Shown in pieces: positions 27,273 to 35,892 of a stretch of 64,000 bases of DNA. Where the stretch lies: the NCBI GenBank assembly GCA_902553945.1, contig CACDMT010000002.1, forward strand, positions 8,083-72,082. Direction: 5' to 3'. The DNA is from an uncultured Alphaproteobacteria bacterium (GTDB lineage Bacteria > Pseudomonadota > Alphaproteobacteria > HIMB59 > GCA-002718135). The notes under the pieces are model-generated. The model was given only the letters and a program-made list of their open reading frames with translations. It did no database searches and was not told the origin of the DNA. The translations under genes and the position numbers were made by a program. Positions within the stretch are counted from its first letter, which is position 1; each line of letters begins with the position of its first letter.

Positions 27273-28385
27273 TTAGTATAAACCCATTAGTTGAGCAGAC
27301 TTGGTAAAAGATTCTTTATTGCCAATAAAGTTTTTCCCCCGTTCTCCTAAAAACGCATCATCTACTATATTATTCCATTCTTGAACAGGAACTTTTATTT
27401 CATTTAAATTTAAAGGCACATTTAATGAGCGCATGAAATCACTCAATTTGGATGAGCCAACTTCAAGATTACTGTTAAAAATTGATTGTAATCTCTCCTC
27501 AGCAACTGGATCGATGCCAATCATACTCCTTGTAACAATAGGAAGAGTAAAAGAACAAGCAATACCATGCTGAACTCCATAATTAAGAGTAATAGGATAA
27601 GAAAGGTTGTGCGAAATAGCTGTTTTAGTATTTGAAAATGCCAAACCAGCATGAACACATGCACGAGCAATGTTTGAACGTAATTCAACACTTTTAAGAT
27701 CTTTTGATAAAAGTGGTAAATTCTCTAAAACCAATTTCGAAGCTTGAATTGCATGTGATGCTGAAACTGGATTAGCATTAATATTCCATATGCTCTCCAT
27801 GGAATGAGATAATGCATCTAGACCAGTTGATATTGTAAGGCCAAGAGGTTTATCAACCATAATTGATGGATCAATAATTGCTTTTTCTGCATAGAGTGTT
27901 TTATGAGCCAAAGAGAGTTTATTATTTTTTTCTTTATCCCAAATTGTAGCCCAACAAGTAAGCTCACTTGATGTTCCAGAAGTTGTTGGTACGGCAATAA
28001 TTTTTATAGGATTTTCAACCTTTGGACTTTTTTTATTTCTGACAAAATCTGTTAGATATTCTTGATTTTCTTTAAATGCCGCAATAGCTTTTGCTGTATC
28101 AGTCACAGATCCACCACCAATTGCTAAAATATAATCAACATTTTTTTTAATAGAAGAAAATTTTTTTTGAAGTTCCAAAATATCTTTGTAATCAGGGTTG
28201 GGTTGAACTTCTGTCATAATAGCTAAAGGGGGATTTGATGATGTGTTTAATTCATCACTATATTTTTTAAAAATTTCTTCTGGATGCGTGATAATTATAT
28301 AACTTTTATCTTTAAGTGCATTATGTACTTCCTGAAATCTATTTTTACCAAAGATGATTTCTACGGGATTAAAGTAATTCCACAT
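27273..28385 (-). CDS. iron-containing (group III) alcohol dehydrogenase
   Basis: 370 aa with the GGGSVTDTAKAIA nucleotide-binding motif and metal ligand regions (DALSHSMES, HNLSYP, HGIACS). Confidence 0.85.
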   Translation of the reverse strand: MWNYFNPVEIIFGKNRFQEVHNALKDKSYIIITHPEEIFKKYSDELNTSSNPPLAIMTEVQPNPDYKDILELQKKFSSIKKNVDYILAIGGGSVTDTAKAIAAFKENQEYLTDFVRNKKSPKVENPIKIIAVPTTSGTSSELTCWATIWDKEKNNKLSLAHKTLYAEKAIIDPSIMVDKPLGLTISTGLDALSHSMESIWNINANPVSASHAIQASKLVLENLPLLSKDLKSVELRSNIARACVHAGLAFSNTKTAISHNLSYPITLNYGVQHGIACSFTLPIVTRSMIGIDPVAEERLQSIFNSNLEVGSSKLSDFMRSLNVPLNLNEIKVPVQEWNNIVDDAFLGERGKNFIGNKESFTKSAQLMGLY

Positions 28386-28389
28386 TATT

Positions 28390-29469
28390 TTAAATTGATT
28401 TTGCTGCTTTTGATAAAATTGTCATTTTTTCAATTGCCTGTTCTCTTGTAAAAAAACCTAAACCACAATCTGGAGCAGCAATCAAACGATGCTCATCAAT
28501 ATGCTCTAAAGAATCTTTCATTCTAGTTCTAACTTCTTCTACAGATTCCATTCTACTTTTAGCAATATCAATAAATCCAAAAATAACTTTTGTTTTTTTA
28601 AATTTTTCTAAAAGATTTAAATCATTATGTCGGTGAGAATCTTCCAGAGATACAGCATCAATAGTAGAGTCATCAACTAATGTAGCAATTCTATCGTATG
28701 CGTCTAAGTCTGCTTTTTTATATCCTGTTGAGTCAAGAGAGTTCGGATAACCACAACAAATATGACATTCCCTTTGTACATCTTTAGGAATTCCATGCAT
28801 CATTCTTTCTAGGTTTTCCATGCCGTATATATTTGCTTCTTCTGGTTTTCTTGCAAAAACTGGTTCATCAATTTGAATATATTTACATCCAGCATCAACT
28901 AATGCTTTTATTTCTTTATTTAGAGCTAACGCTAAATCAAAACCAAGTTTTTTAAGATCGTCATAGTAGTTATTTGCAATAGAGTCAGTTATTGTCATCG
29001 GACCGGGTAATGTAATCTTAACTGGATTTTTGGTGAATTGTTGAGCGCTTTTCCAATCAAATGGCATGCGTATTTCTTTACTTGATACTGGACCGATTAT
29101 TGTTGGAACATTCGCTTCAAAAGCTCCTTGTCTCACTGATTTGTGAGTTACTTCTTCAAAACTTATATTATTTAAAAAACGACATTGGTGGAAAACATAA
29201 CTTTCTCTTCGTACTTCACCATCCGTTGGAACATCAATACCAGCACTTACTTGATCAAGTATAACTTCTTTAATTGCTTCTAAAAATAAATTTTCTACAT
29301 TATCACCAGCATCCTTTAGTGCTTTTTCGTAAGCACCTGGTGACCAATTTGCTAATAGTCCTTTAGATGCTTTTTTTTCCTCTTCTGATTTTGTACCTAA
29401 GAACCAATCATTGATTGGTGTATTTTTAGGTTTTGGATAAGCACCTATTGTGGTTGTTATAAGTGGCAT
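28390..29469 (-). CDS. MetE C-terminal-domain-like Zn-dependent alkyl/methyltransferase family protein
   Basis: Zn ligands fit the MetE/epoxyalkane-CoM-transferase family (HICCGYP His-x-Cys, and APDCGL Cys). The N-terminus ITTTIGAYPKP is MetE-like. I place the start at MPLITT (29469) because GGAGG sits 5 nt upstream; the ORF-track start at 29496 lacks one. Confidence 0.7.
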   Translation of the reverse strand: MPLITTTIGAYPKPKNTPINDWFLGTKSEEEKKASKGLLANWSPGAYEKALKDAGDNVENLFLEAIKEVILDQVSAGIDVPTDGEVRRESYVFHQCRFLNNISFEEVTHKSVRQGAFEANVPTIIGPVSSKEIRMPFDWKSAQQFTKNPVKITLPGPMTITDSIANNYYDDLKKLGFDLALALNKEIKALVDAGCKYIQIDEPVFARKPEEANIYGMENLERMMHGIPKDVQRECHICCGYPNSLDSTGYKKADLDAYDRIATLVDDSTIDAVSLEDSHRHNDLNLLEKFKKTKVIFGFIDIAKSRMESVEEVRTRMKDSLEHIDEHRLIAAPDCGLGFFTREQAIEKMTILSKAAKSI

Positions 29470-29498
29470 TGTTCCTCCATTAATATTTTTAAACAAGA

Positions 29499-29523
29499 AC
29501 AGCGGCTTTTATAAAGCCGCTGT
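29499..29523 (-). terminator. rho-independent terminator after the SBP gene
   Basis: 11-bp perfect stem ACAGCGGCTTT / AAAGCCGCTGT with a 3-nt loop. On the minus strand it is followed by TCTTGTTT. It lies 31 nt downstream of the SBP stop at 29555. Confidence 0.75.
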
Positions 29524-29554
29524 CATAAAAAGTTAATAATAAAGTGATCTTAAT

Positions 29555-30808
29555 TTACAGAAGATCGTTTATTTCTTCCATCATCTCTTCTTGAAGATCG
29601 CCCATATCATCAGCGCTACCTGTAGCAATTTCTTCAGTATAATCATAGATTACTTGAGTGATTGCTAATCCGTTTTCACCAGGATATGCGAACCAATCTG
29701 CTAAGAGTGGAAGCTGTTCAACCGCAGTAAGTTTATTTGGATTTGCACTATAGAAATCACCTAATAAATCGTTAGCTGCTTTGTTTGGTGGAACATAACC
29801 AGTTGTCTCAGCAACTAATGCTGCGCCAATACCAGAAGTAATAAACTTCAAGAACGTCCACGCCGCATCAACTCTTGCTGGATCATCAGAAGTAGAAGTT
29901 AACATTGCTGCATTTCCACCTGCTGGTAATCTTGCTGGAGTTCCATTATTTACACCTGCCATTCCAGGGAATGGAGCTGTCTTAAGTACGAAATCTGCTT
30001 TTGCAGCATTTACTGAACCTAAGCTTGAAGTTGACCAGAACATCATACCAATAGTACCTGCATTAAATGCAGCTTGACCATCAGCAATTGAATAGTTAGG
30101 CATATTACAACCGCTCATAATGTCATGCATTTGTTGTAAAGTTTTTAAACCAGCGTCTCCGCCTAAGTTAACTTTTCCATCTTCAACAATTTTAACATTT
30201 TGTGTGTGCATTAAAGCTTGGTGGAACCAGTTACCTGTAATATTCCAACCAAAATATAAAGTGCCACTTCCAGCTGCTTCTAATTTTCCACAAGCATCAA
30301 TAACTTCATCCCAGTTAGTTGGAATGCTGTCTATACCCGCTGCAGCTAATAAATCCATGTTATAGTATCCAACAGGAGTTGATACAGAGAATGGTAAACC
30401 ATAAACTTCTCCTCCAAATGTTGAAAGACTTAACATTGCAGAATGATAACCATCTTTTTCAAAATCAGCTTCTTTTGCAATGAATGGTTCTAAAGATTTT
30501 GCAATACCTTTATCTACTAGAGGAGCTTGTCTGTTAAGACCTTGCATTGTAACATCTGGTAGATTCCCAGAAGTTGCTTCTCTTAAAACTGTAGCAGTTG
30601 CATCTTCATAGTTTTCATAAGTTGCTCTAAATTTTACTTGAATATCTGGATGTGCTTTTTCAAACTCTGGCATAATAGCTTGATAAGTTACATCAAATAA
30701 ACCTGAGTAAGGATAAGCTACTTCTATTTCAATAGACTTCGCTGAATTAACAGAACCATAGAAACCAAAAGCTAATACGGCTGCTAATCCTGTAATTAAT
30801 TTTCTCAT
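29555..30808 (-). CDS. ABC transporter substrate-binding protein, family 1 (UgpB/sugar CUT1-type)
   Basis: 417 aa with a signal peptide (LAAVLAFGFYGSVNSA) and overall SBP_bac_1 architecture. Its composition is richer in Ala/Gly than its neighbours, suggesting high expression. Terminator hairpins flank it on both sides. Confidence 0.8.
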   Translation of the reverse strand: MRKLITGLAAVLAFGFYGSVNSAKSIEIEVAYPYSGLFDVTYQAIMPEFEKAHPDIQVKFRATYENYEDATATVLREATSGNLPDVTMQGLNRQAPLVDKGIAKSLEPFIAKEADFEKDGYHSAMLSLSTFGGEVYGLPFSVSTPVGYYNMDLLAAAGIDSIPTNWDEVIDACGKLEAAGSGTLYFGWNITGNWFHQALMHTQNVKIVEDGKVNLGGDAGLKTLQQMHDIMSGCNMPNYSIADGQAAFNAGTIGMMFWSTSSLGSVNAAKADFVLKTAPFPGMAGVNNGTPARLPAGGNAAMLTSTSDDPARVDAAWTFLKFITSGIGAALVAETTGYVPPNKAANDLLGDFYSANPNKLTAVEQLPLLADWFAYPGENGLAITQVIYDYTEEIATGSADDMGDLQEEMMEEINDLL

Positions 30809-30866
30809 TTAATCCTCCCGATTATGAATATAAATTATAGTTTAATCTAACATGTAGAATAAAATC

Positions 30867-30884
30867 GTTACAAATTTATTACAC
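30867..30884 (-). promoter_or_regulatory. candidate Pho box upstream of the SBP gene
   Basis: The minus strand reads GTGTAAT-AAAT-TTGTAAC. Compared with the E. coli consensus CTGTCAT-AAAA-CTGTCAC, 10 of 14 half-site positions match and the 7-4-7 spacing is correct. It ends 58 nt upstream of the ATG. Confidence 0.3.
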
Positions 30885-30888
30885 AAAT

Positions 30889-30907
30889 ATTACTAAAAAT
30901 TAGTAAT
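30889..30907. promoter_or_regulatory. 7-5-7 palindrome ATTACTA-AAAAT-TAGTAAT
   Basis: Perfect inverted repeat located just distal to the Pho-box-like element in the SBP promoter region. Confidence 0.25.
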
Positions 30908-30936
30908 TTTTTTCCACAGAATTTTTAAAAGTTTCC

Positions 30937-30961
30937 AAAAAACCTTGGTTTTTACCAAGGT
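30937..30961 (-). terminator. rho-independent terminator of the phnA-phnY operon (stem includes the phnY stop codon)
   Basis: The minus strand reads ACCTTGGT-AAAA-ACCAAGGT followed by a T5-6 run (30941..30937). Confidence 0.65.
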
Positions 30962-32391
30962 AAAGAAAAGGTTTTAACATTAGTAAAGCTCTTCATCGCT
31001 TCAATGACACCCTCTTTGTATCCCAGTCCCGAGTCTTTAATTCCCCCAAAAGGTGACATTTCAATTCTGTAACCAGGCACTTCCCAAATATTGACAGTTC
31101 CAACATTTAAGTTTTGGATATATTTTTTTGCTCTCATAAAATTATTGGTGCACACACCTGAAGATAATCCAAAAGCAGTTGAATTTGAGATCTTTATGAC
31201 AGATTCATCATCATTGGGAACGCGTATAATTGGAATGACAGGCCCAAAAGTTTCTTCCAATACTAATTCACTTTTAGGATCAACATTATCAATTACTATA
31301 GGAGGCAATAACGCACCTTTTCTTCCAGGATGATATAAAATTTTAGCACCTTCTGCTTCTGCCATTGAAACTCTCTTATCAAATAGTTCAGCTGCTTGAG
31401 CATTAACAACGGTACCTAAATCAGTTTCCATGCTCATTGGATCTCCGAACTTAATTTTTTTAGCTCTTTCCAAAACCATTTCAACAAACTGATCAGCAAT
31501 TTTTTCTTGCACAAGTATTCTTTTAACTGCAGTACAGCGTTGTCCTGAATTTTTTGTTGCACCAGTTACGGCTAATTCAACAGCTTTCTTTAAATCATCT
31601 GAATCTAAATCATTTAAAACAATTAAAGGGTCATTTCCGCCAAGTTCAAGAACGGTTCTTTTGTATCCTGCTTGTTCAGCAATTAGTTTTCCAACACCAA
31701 CACTTCCAGTAAAAGTAATAAGGTCAATATTTGGATTCTTTATCATTTCTGAACCAATATCTTGTGGCCAACCTGTAACAACAGAAAACATTTCAGGGGG
31801 TAGACCAGCTTCATATAAAACATCAGCAAGAACCATTGCTGTTAAGGGAGTTAACTCAGTCTGTTTACAAACAGTACAATTATTCGTTGCAATGGAAGGA
31901 GCAATTTTATGAGCCACCATGTTTAATGGATGATTAAAAGGGGTAATTGCAGAAATTGCTGTTAATGGTTCTCTTATTGTAAATATTTTTCTCGCTTTTC
32001 CATGAGGAGTTAAATCACAAGAAAAAATTTCTCCGTCATCATGAATACAAAGTTGGGCAGTTAAAGAAAAAACATCAAATGCCCTACCGACTTCATATAA
32101 CGAGTCTTGTTTTGAAATCCCAAGCTCTAAAGTAATTATATCAGAAATTTCTTCTTTTCTTTTTACAAGAACCTCAGCAGCTGTTTGAAGAATTTTTTGT
32201 CTTTCATATCGTGTAAGCTTTGGTTGATAGTTTGCAGCAATTTCAAGAGCTTGTCTTGCATGTTCAGCATTTCCTGCAGGAACCGTACCAATGACTTCGC
32301 CTGTAAAAGGATACTCAACATCTATTGTTTTTTCAAAAGTTACTTTTTTGCCAGCAATTCGCATAGCTTCATTAATCATTTTCTTTTCCAT
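30952..32391 (-). CDS. phnY: phosphonoacetaldehyde dehydrogenase (NAD-dependent aldehyde dehydrogenase family)
   Basis: 479 aa ALDH with ELGGNDP and the catalytic Cys in SGQRCTAV. It overlaps the phosphonoacetate hydrolase gene by 1 nt. phnW is in the same neighbourhood (PhnWAY pathway). Confidence 0.7.
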   Translation of the reverse strand: MEKKMINEAMRIAGKKVTFEKTIDVEYPFTGEVIGTVPAGNAEHARQALEIAANYQPKLTRYERQKILQTAAEVLVKRKEEISDIITLELGISKQDSLYEVGRAFDVFSLTAQLCIHDDGEIFSCDLTPHGKARKIFTIREPLTAISAITPFNHPLNMVAHKIAPSIATNNCTVCKQTELTPLTAMVLADVLYEAGLPPEMFSVVTGWPQDIGSEMIKNPNIDLITFTGSVGVGKLIAEQAGYKRTVLELGGNDPLIVLNDLDSDDLKKAVELAVTGATKNSGQRCTAVKRILVQEKIADQFVEMVLERAKKIKFGDPMSMETDLGTVVNAQAAELFDKRVSMAEAEGAKILYHPGRKGALLPPIVIDNVDPKSELVLEETFGPVIPIIRVPNDDESVIKISNSTAFGLSSGVCTNNFMRAKKYIQNLNVGTVNIWEVPGYRIEMSPFGGIKDSGLGYKEGVIEAMKSFTNVKTFSLPW

Positions 32392-33632
32392 TACAGGGCT
32401 CCATTAATTGCATAGTAGAATGCATCATAATTATATAACTGTTTTTCATTATTGTAATTTTGTATTTTTAGATTTGATATAAAAGGCACTTCTCGCTCAT
32501 GCAAACCACCATGAGAACGTAAAGGTTCATTTAATCCAGAAAGATTATGTTTATCTTCCGATGATCCAATGGTCATAAATTCTGAGGACATACATATTAT
32601 ATCACCCATCCGATCAGGAGGAAGATTGTATGTATTGCAACCTTCATCTTTTGTTAACACTACCTCTATATCCTTAATTTCTTTAATTGATTCTATAACG
32701 TCATTAACTTTAGTTTTATCTTCAAGATAAATTGTTGCAAATGAACCTAATGATCCGTGATGAACAACATAAGGATCGGTTATTGGTAAAATAACTTTTG
32801 CTACATTTGGTTCAAATTTTTTATCAAGATAATCTTGTAAAAAAATTGCATTAGGTGAACCATCATCTTTTGATTTTGGTTTCATACCGTGATCAGCTGT
32901 AATAATTATTGATACATCGCCCTTATTTAAAAGACCGATATATTTATCAAACATAGCGTAAAATTTATTAGCCACTTCATTTCCTGGTGCATACTTATGT
33001 TGAATATAATCTGTTGTAGATAAGTACATTATATTTGGTTTAAATTCCTCAAGTAGTTTAACTCCAGCTGCCATAACAAATTCGGAAAGACCCTGAGAGT
33101 ATACTTCCGGTACGGGCATTCCTAACCAGTCATTAACATTATCAATGCCATTATGTTCTTTTGTTGCCTGATCAGATTTTTCGGCTGAAAAACATATTGC
33201 TCGATTATCATCAAATCCTAAACCGTTGCCCAAAAGAGTTCTGAGTTTATCTTTCGCCGTAACAAGAGCAATCTTTGATCCAGAATTATAAAATTTTTCA
33301 AATATTGTTGGTGCACGCATATATTTTGGATCATTCATCATTACTTCTTCCCCTGTTTCAGGAGTGTAAAAAAAATTACCACATATTCCGTGAACAGAAC
33401 TAGGTTGCCCTGTTACTATTGATATATTATTTGGATTTGTAAAACTTGGGATAGCACTATGAACAAGTAAACTCTCTCCATTAGAAATTAATGCATCAAT
33501 ATTGGGTGTAAGATTTAGTTTTGATGCCTCTTCGAGATACTCTTTTTGACTTCCATCCAGACAAATGACTATGGCTGTCTTTGCAAATTTACTTGGGTAT
33601 TCTCTTTTGTTAATTTCTAGGTTTTCGGTCAC
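32391..33632 (-). CDS. phnA: phosphonoacetate hydrolase (alkaline-phosphatase superfamily)
   Basis: 413 aa with a GTG start. Motifs are [21 protein letters not shown] and ITADHGM, typical of the PhnA/nucleotide pyrophosphatase fold. Confidence 0.75.
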   Translation of the reverse strand: MTENLEINKREYPSKFAKTAIVICLDGSQKEYLEEASKLNLTPNIDALISNGESLLVHSAIPSFTNPNNISIVTGQPSSVHGICGNFFYTPETGEEVMMNDPKYMRAPTIFEKFYNSGSKIALVTAKDKLRTLLGNGLGFDDNRAICFSAEKSDQATKEHNGIDNVNDWLGMPVPEVYSQGLSEFVMAAGVKLLEEFKPNIMYLSTTDYIQHKYAPGNEVANKFYAMFDKYIGLLNKGDVSIIITADHGMKPKSKDDGSPNAIFLQDYLDKKFEPNVAKVILPITDPYVVHHGSLGSFATIYLEDKTKVNDVIESIKEIKDIEVVLTKDEGCNTYNLPPDRMGDIICMSSEFMTIGSSEDKHNLSGLNEPLRSHGGLHEREVPFISNLKIQNYNNEKQLYNYDAFYYAINGAL

Positions 33633-33709
33633 AATTTTTAATTAATATATAAATAAAAAAACAAATTTATAGTTATATGTTGTCTAAACTCAATAATAAT
33701 TTGAAAATA

Positions 33710-33753
33710 TGTTCATAAAATTGAAATAAAAGTGCAATATTTAGATTTAAAAT
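33710..33753 (+). promoter_or_regulatory. three phased Pho-box-like half-sites plus possible -10 upstream of the ABC operon
   Basis: TGTTCAT-AAAA-TTGAAAT-AAAA-GTGCAAT (33710..33738) has strict 11-bp phasing. TAAAAT at 33748..33753 begins 9 nt after the last half-site. The GTG start is at 33810. Confidence 0.3.
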
Positions 33754-33809
33754 AATCTTAAATATTATAATATTTTAAAAAAAAATTAAAAATAAAGGGG
33801 AGGAATCTG

Positions 33810-34943
33810 GTGGGAACTATATCACTTAAAAACATTTCAAAATCTTTTGGATCAACTCAGGTATTAAAAAATCTTAATGTAGATATAAAAGATGGAGAAT
33901 TTTTGACTTTAGTTGGTCCTTCTGGTTGTGGTAAATCTACTTTACTTAGAATTATAGCTGGGCTTGAACAACAAACTTCTGGTGATGTTTTAATTGATGA
34001 TAAAGTTGTAAATAAAATTAGGGCAAGTGAACGAGACTTGGCAATGGTTTTCCAATCGTATGCTCTCTATCCTCATCTGACAGTAAGAAGAAATTTAGAA
34101 ACGCCATTAAGACTTCGAGATTATAATTCATTTGAAAGACTACCGTTGATTGGAAATTTTTCTCCAAATAAAAAAAATAAAACTGAATCTATAAATCAAT
34201 TAGTAAACAAAACTTCGGAAACACTTAAAATCTCTGAACTACTAGATAGAAAACCAGGTCAGTTATCTGGAGGTCAGAGACAAAGAGTAGCTCTTGGTCG
34301 TGCAATGGTGCGGGAACCTGTTGCTTTTTTGATGGATGAACCTCTGTCTAATTTGGATGCAGCGTTAAGAGTTCATATGCGCTCCGAATTATCAGAGCTT
34401 CATAATTCACTTAAAACCACTTTTGTATACGTTACTCATGATCAAGCAGAGGCGTTAACGATGTCTTCTCGAATGGCAGTCATGATTGATGGAAATTTAT
34501 TACAATTAGATACTCCGCAGGAAGTATACGATAATCCTTTATCCTTAAGTGTTGCCCAATTCGTTGGAAGTCCTAAAATTAATATTTTTAGTGGTTCATC
34601 AGACTCAAGTGGAATTGTAAATTTTTTAAATCTTAACTTAAAAAGAAAATGTTCAGAAAAAAATCTAGAATTAAGTATTGGTATTAGACCTGAACATTTA
34701 GAAATTACCAATCAAAGCGATGAAAATACTTTTAGTGCAACAGTTGTGTATAGAGAAAATTTAGGATCAGATATTTTCTTTCATGTAAATACAGAAGATG
34801 GAATGAATAGAATCATTGTAAGAGGTATACCACAATTTACAAATGAAATTTCTAATGGCTCAAAAGTAAATATTAAAAGAGTTTCTGATAAAGCTTTATT
34901 ATTCAATAGTGAAGGAAAGAGGATTCAATTTAATAATGCATAA
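33810..34943 (+). CDS. ABC transporter ATP-binding protein, MalK/UgpC-type (CUT1)
   Basis: 377 aa with a GTG start after an AAGGGGAGG RBS. It has Walker [10 protein letters not shown], signature LSGGQRQRV and a C-terminal regulatory/TOBE-like domain. An extra segment of about 18 aa (SFERLPLIGNFSPNKKNK) is present relative to my recollection of MalK. Confidence 0.85.
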   Translation: MGTISLKNISKSFGSTQVLKNLNVDIKDGEFLTLVGPSGCGKSTLLRIIAGLEQQTSGDVLIDDKVVNKIRASERDLAMVFQSYALYPHLTVRRNLETPLRLRDYNSFERLPLIGNFSPNKKNKTESINQLVNKTSETLKISELLDRKPGQLSGGQRQRVALGRAMVREPVAFLMDEPLSNLDAALRVHMRSELSELHNSLKTTFVYVTHDQAEALTMSSRMAVMIDGNLLQLDTPQEVYDNPLSLSVAQFVGSPKINIFSGSSDSSGIVNFLNLNLKRKCSEKNLELSIGIRPEHLEITNQSDENTFSATVVYRENLGSDIFFHVNTEDGMNRIIVRGIPQFTNEISNGSKVNIKRVSDKALLFNSEGKRIQFNNA

Positions 34944-35892
34944 TTCTAAAGCTCATATTTGGTTTATTGCTCCTGCAATAATACTAATGATTGTTATATT
35001 AATTTTTCCATTGTTTCTCGCAGGGGGAATTTCTTTTACCGATTATAATTTAGGGAATAAGTCTATTGGATGGGTCGGATTAGAAAACTATGACAAAATG
35101 TTCAATAGAAAAACTTATGTAAAAATGATTTGGGCTACAGCAACCTATGTAATCGTGGTGGTTCCTATTTCAGTCGTACTTGGTTTGTGTGCTGCAATGC
35201 TCCTAAATTCTCTTAGGTTTGGAGCTGATATTTATAAAACAATTTTCTTTCTTCCTGTTATGGCGACTCTTCTTGCTATGGCTATTGCATGGGAATTCAC
35301 TCTGCATCCAACACTAGGTATAGTTAATAGTTTTTTAGCCAACGGTTGTGGAGGAATTAGAGAATTTATTTTAGGTTTGCATTGGTTACCATGGGTAGAC
35401 TCACAGCAAAGCTGGTATCATGTGGCTTGTGCAAATAATATGGATTTTCCATATTGGCTAAAGCAAAAAAATACAGCGATTTGGACAATTTGTTTTATAG
35501 GAATTTGGCAAGCATTTGGTTTTAATATGGTTTTATATTTAGCAGGCCTAACAGGTATACCTAGGGAATTATATCAAGCAGCCGAAATGGATGGTGCTAA
35601 ATCAACATGGGAGCAATTTAAACTTGTAACCTGGCCAATGCTTGGACCTACAACTTTATTTGTAGTAACAATTACAACAATTAGAACATTTCAAGTTTTT
35701 GATACAATTGAAATACTTACCAAAGGTGGCCCATCTAAAACTACGTACGTTATGATGTATGCAATATTTGAAAAAGCTATTCAACAAAACTTAACGAGTA
35801 TTGGAGCAGCAATTACAGTTGTATTTATAGCTTTCATATTAATTTTAACTTTCTTCCAGAGATATGTGATTGAAAGGAGAGTACATTATTAA
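34936..35892 (+). CDS. ABC transporter permease (UgpA/MalF-type)
   Basis: EAA loop QAAEMDGAKSTWEQFKLVTWPML. I prefer the start at MHNSKAHIW (34936), an 8-nt overlap with the ATPase gene. The ORF-track start is at 34909. Confidence 0.8.
   Translation: MHNSKAHIWFIAPAIILMIVILIFPLFLAGGISFTDYNLGNKSIGWVGLENYDKMFNRKTYVKMIWATATYVIVVVPISVVLGLCAAMLLNSLRFGADIYKTIFFLPVMATLLAMAIAWEFTLHPTLGIVNSFLANGCGGIREFILGLHWLPWVDSQQSWYHVACANNMDFPYWLKQKNTAIWTICFIGIWQAFGFNMVLYLAGLTGIPRELYQAAEMDGAKSTWEQFKLVTWPMLGPTTLFVVTITTIRTFQVFDTIEILTKGGPSKTTYVMMYAIFEKAIQQNLTSIGAAITVVFIAFILILTFFQRYVIERRVHY

Noticed and set aside
29470-29554. Possible SAM-type riboswitch upstream of the MetE-like gene.
   Set aside because: The gap is only about 85 nt and is dominated by a perfect 11-bp stem with a 3-nt loop followed by a U-rich tract. 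That is best explained as the terminator of the upstream SBP gene. I could not recognise a pseudoknot-type SAM-II/V pattern by eye. An Rfam scan would settle it.
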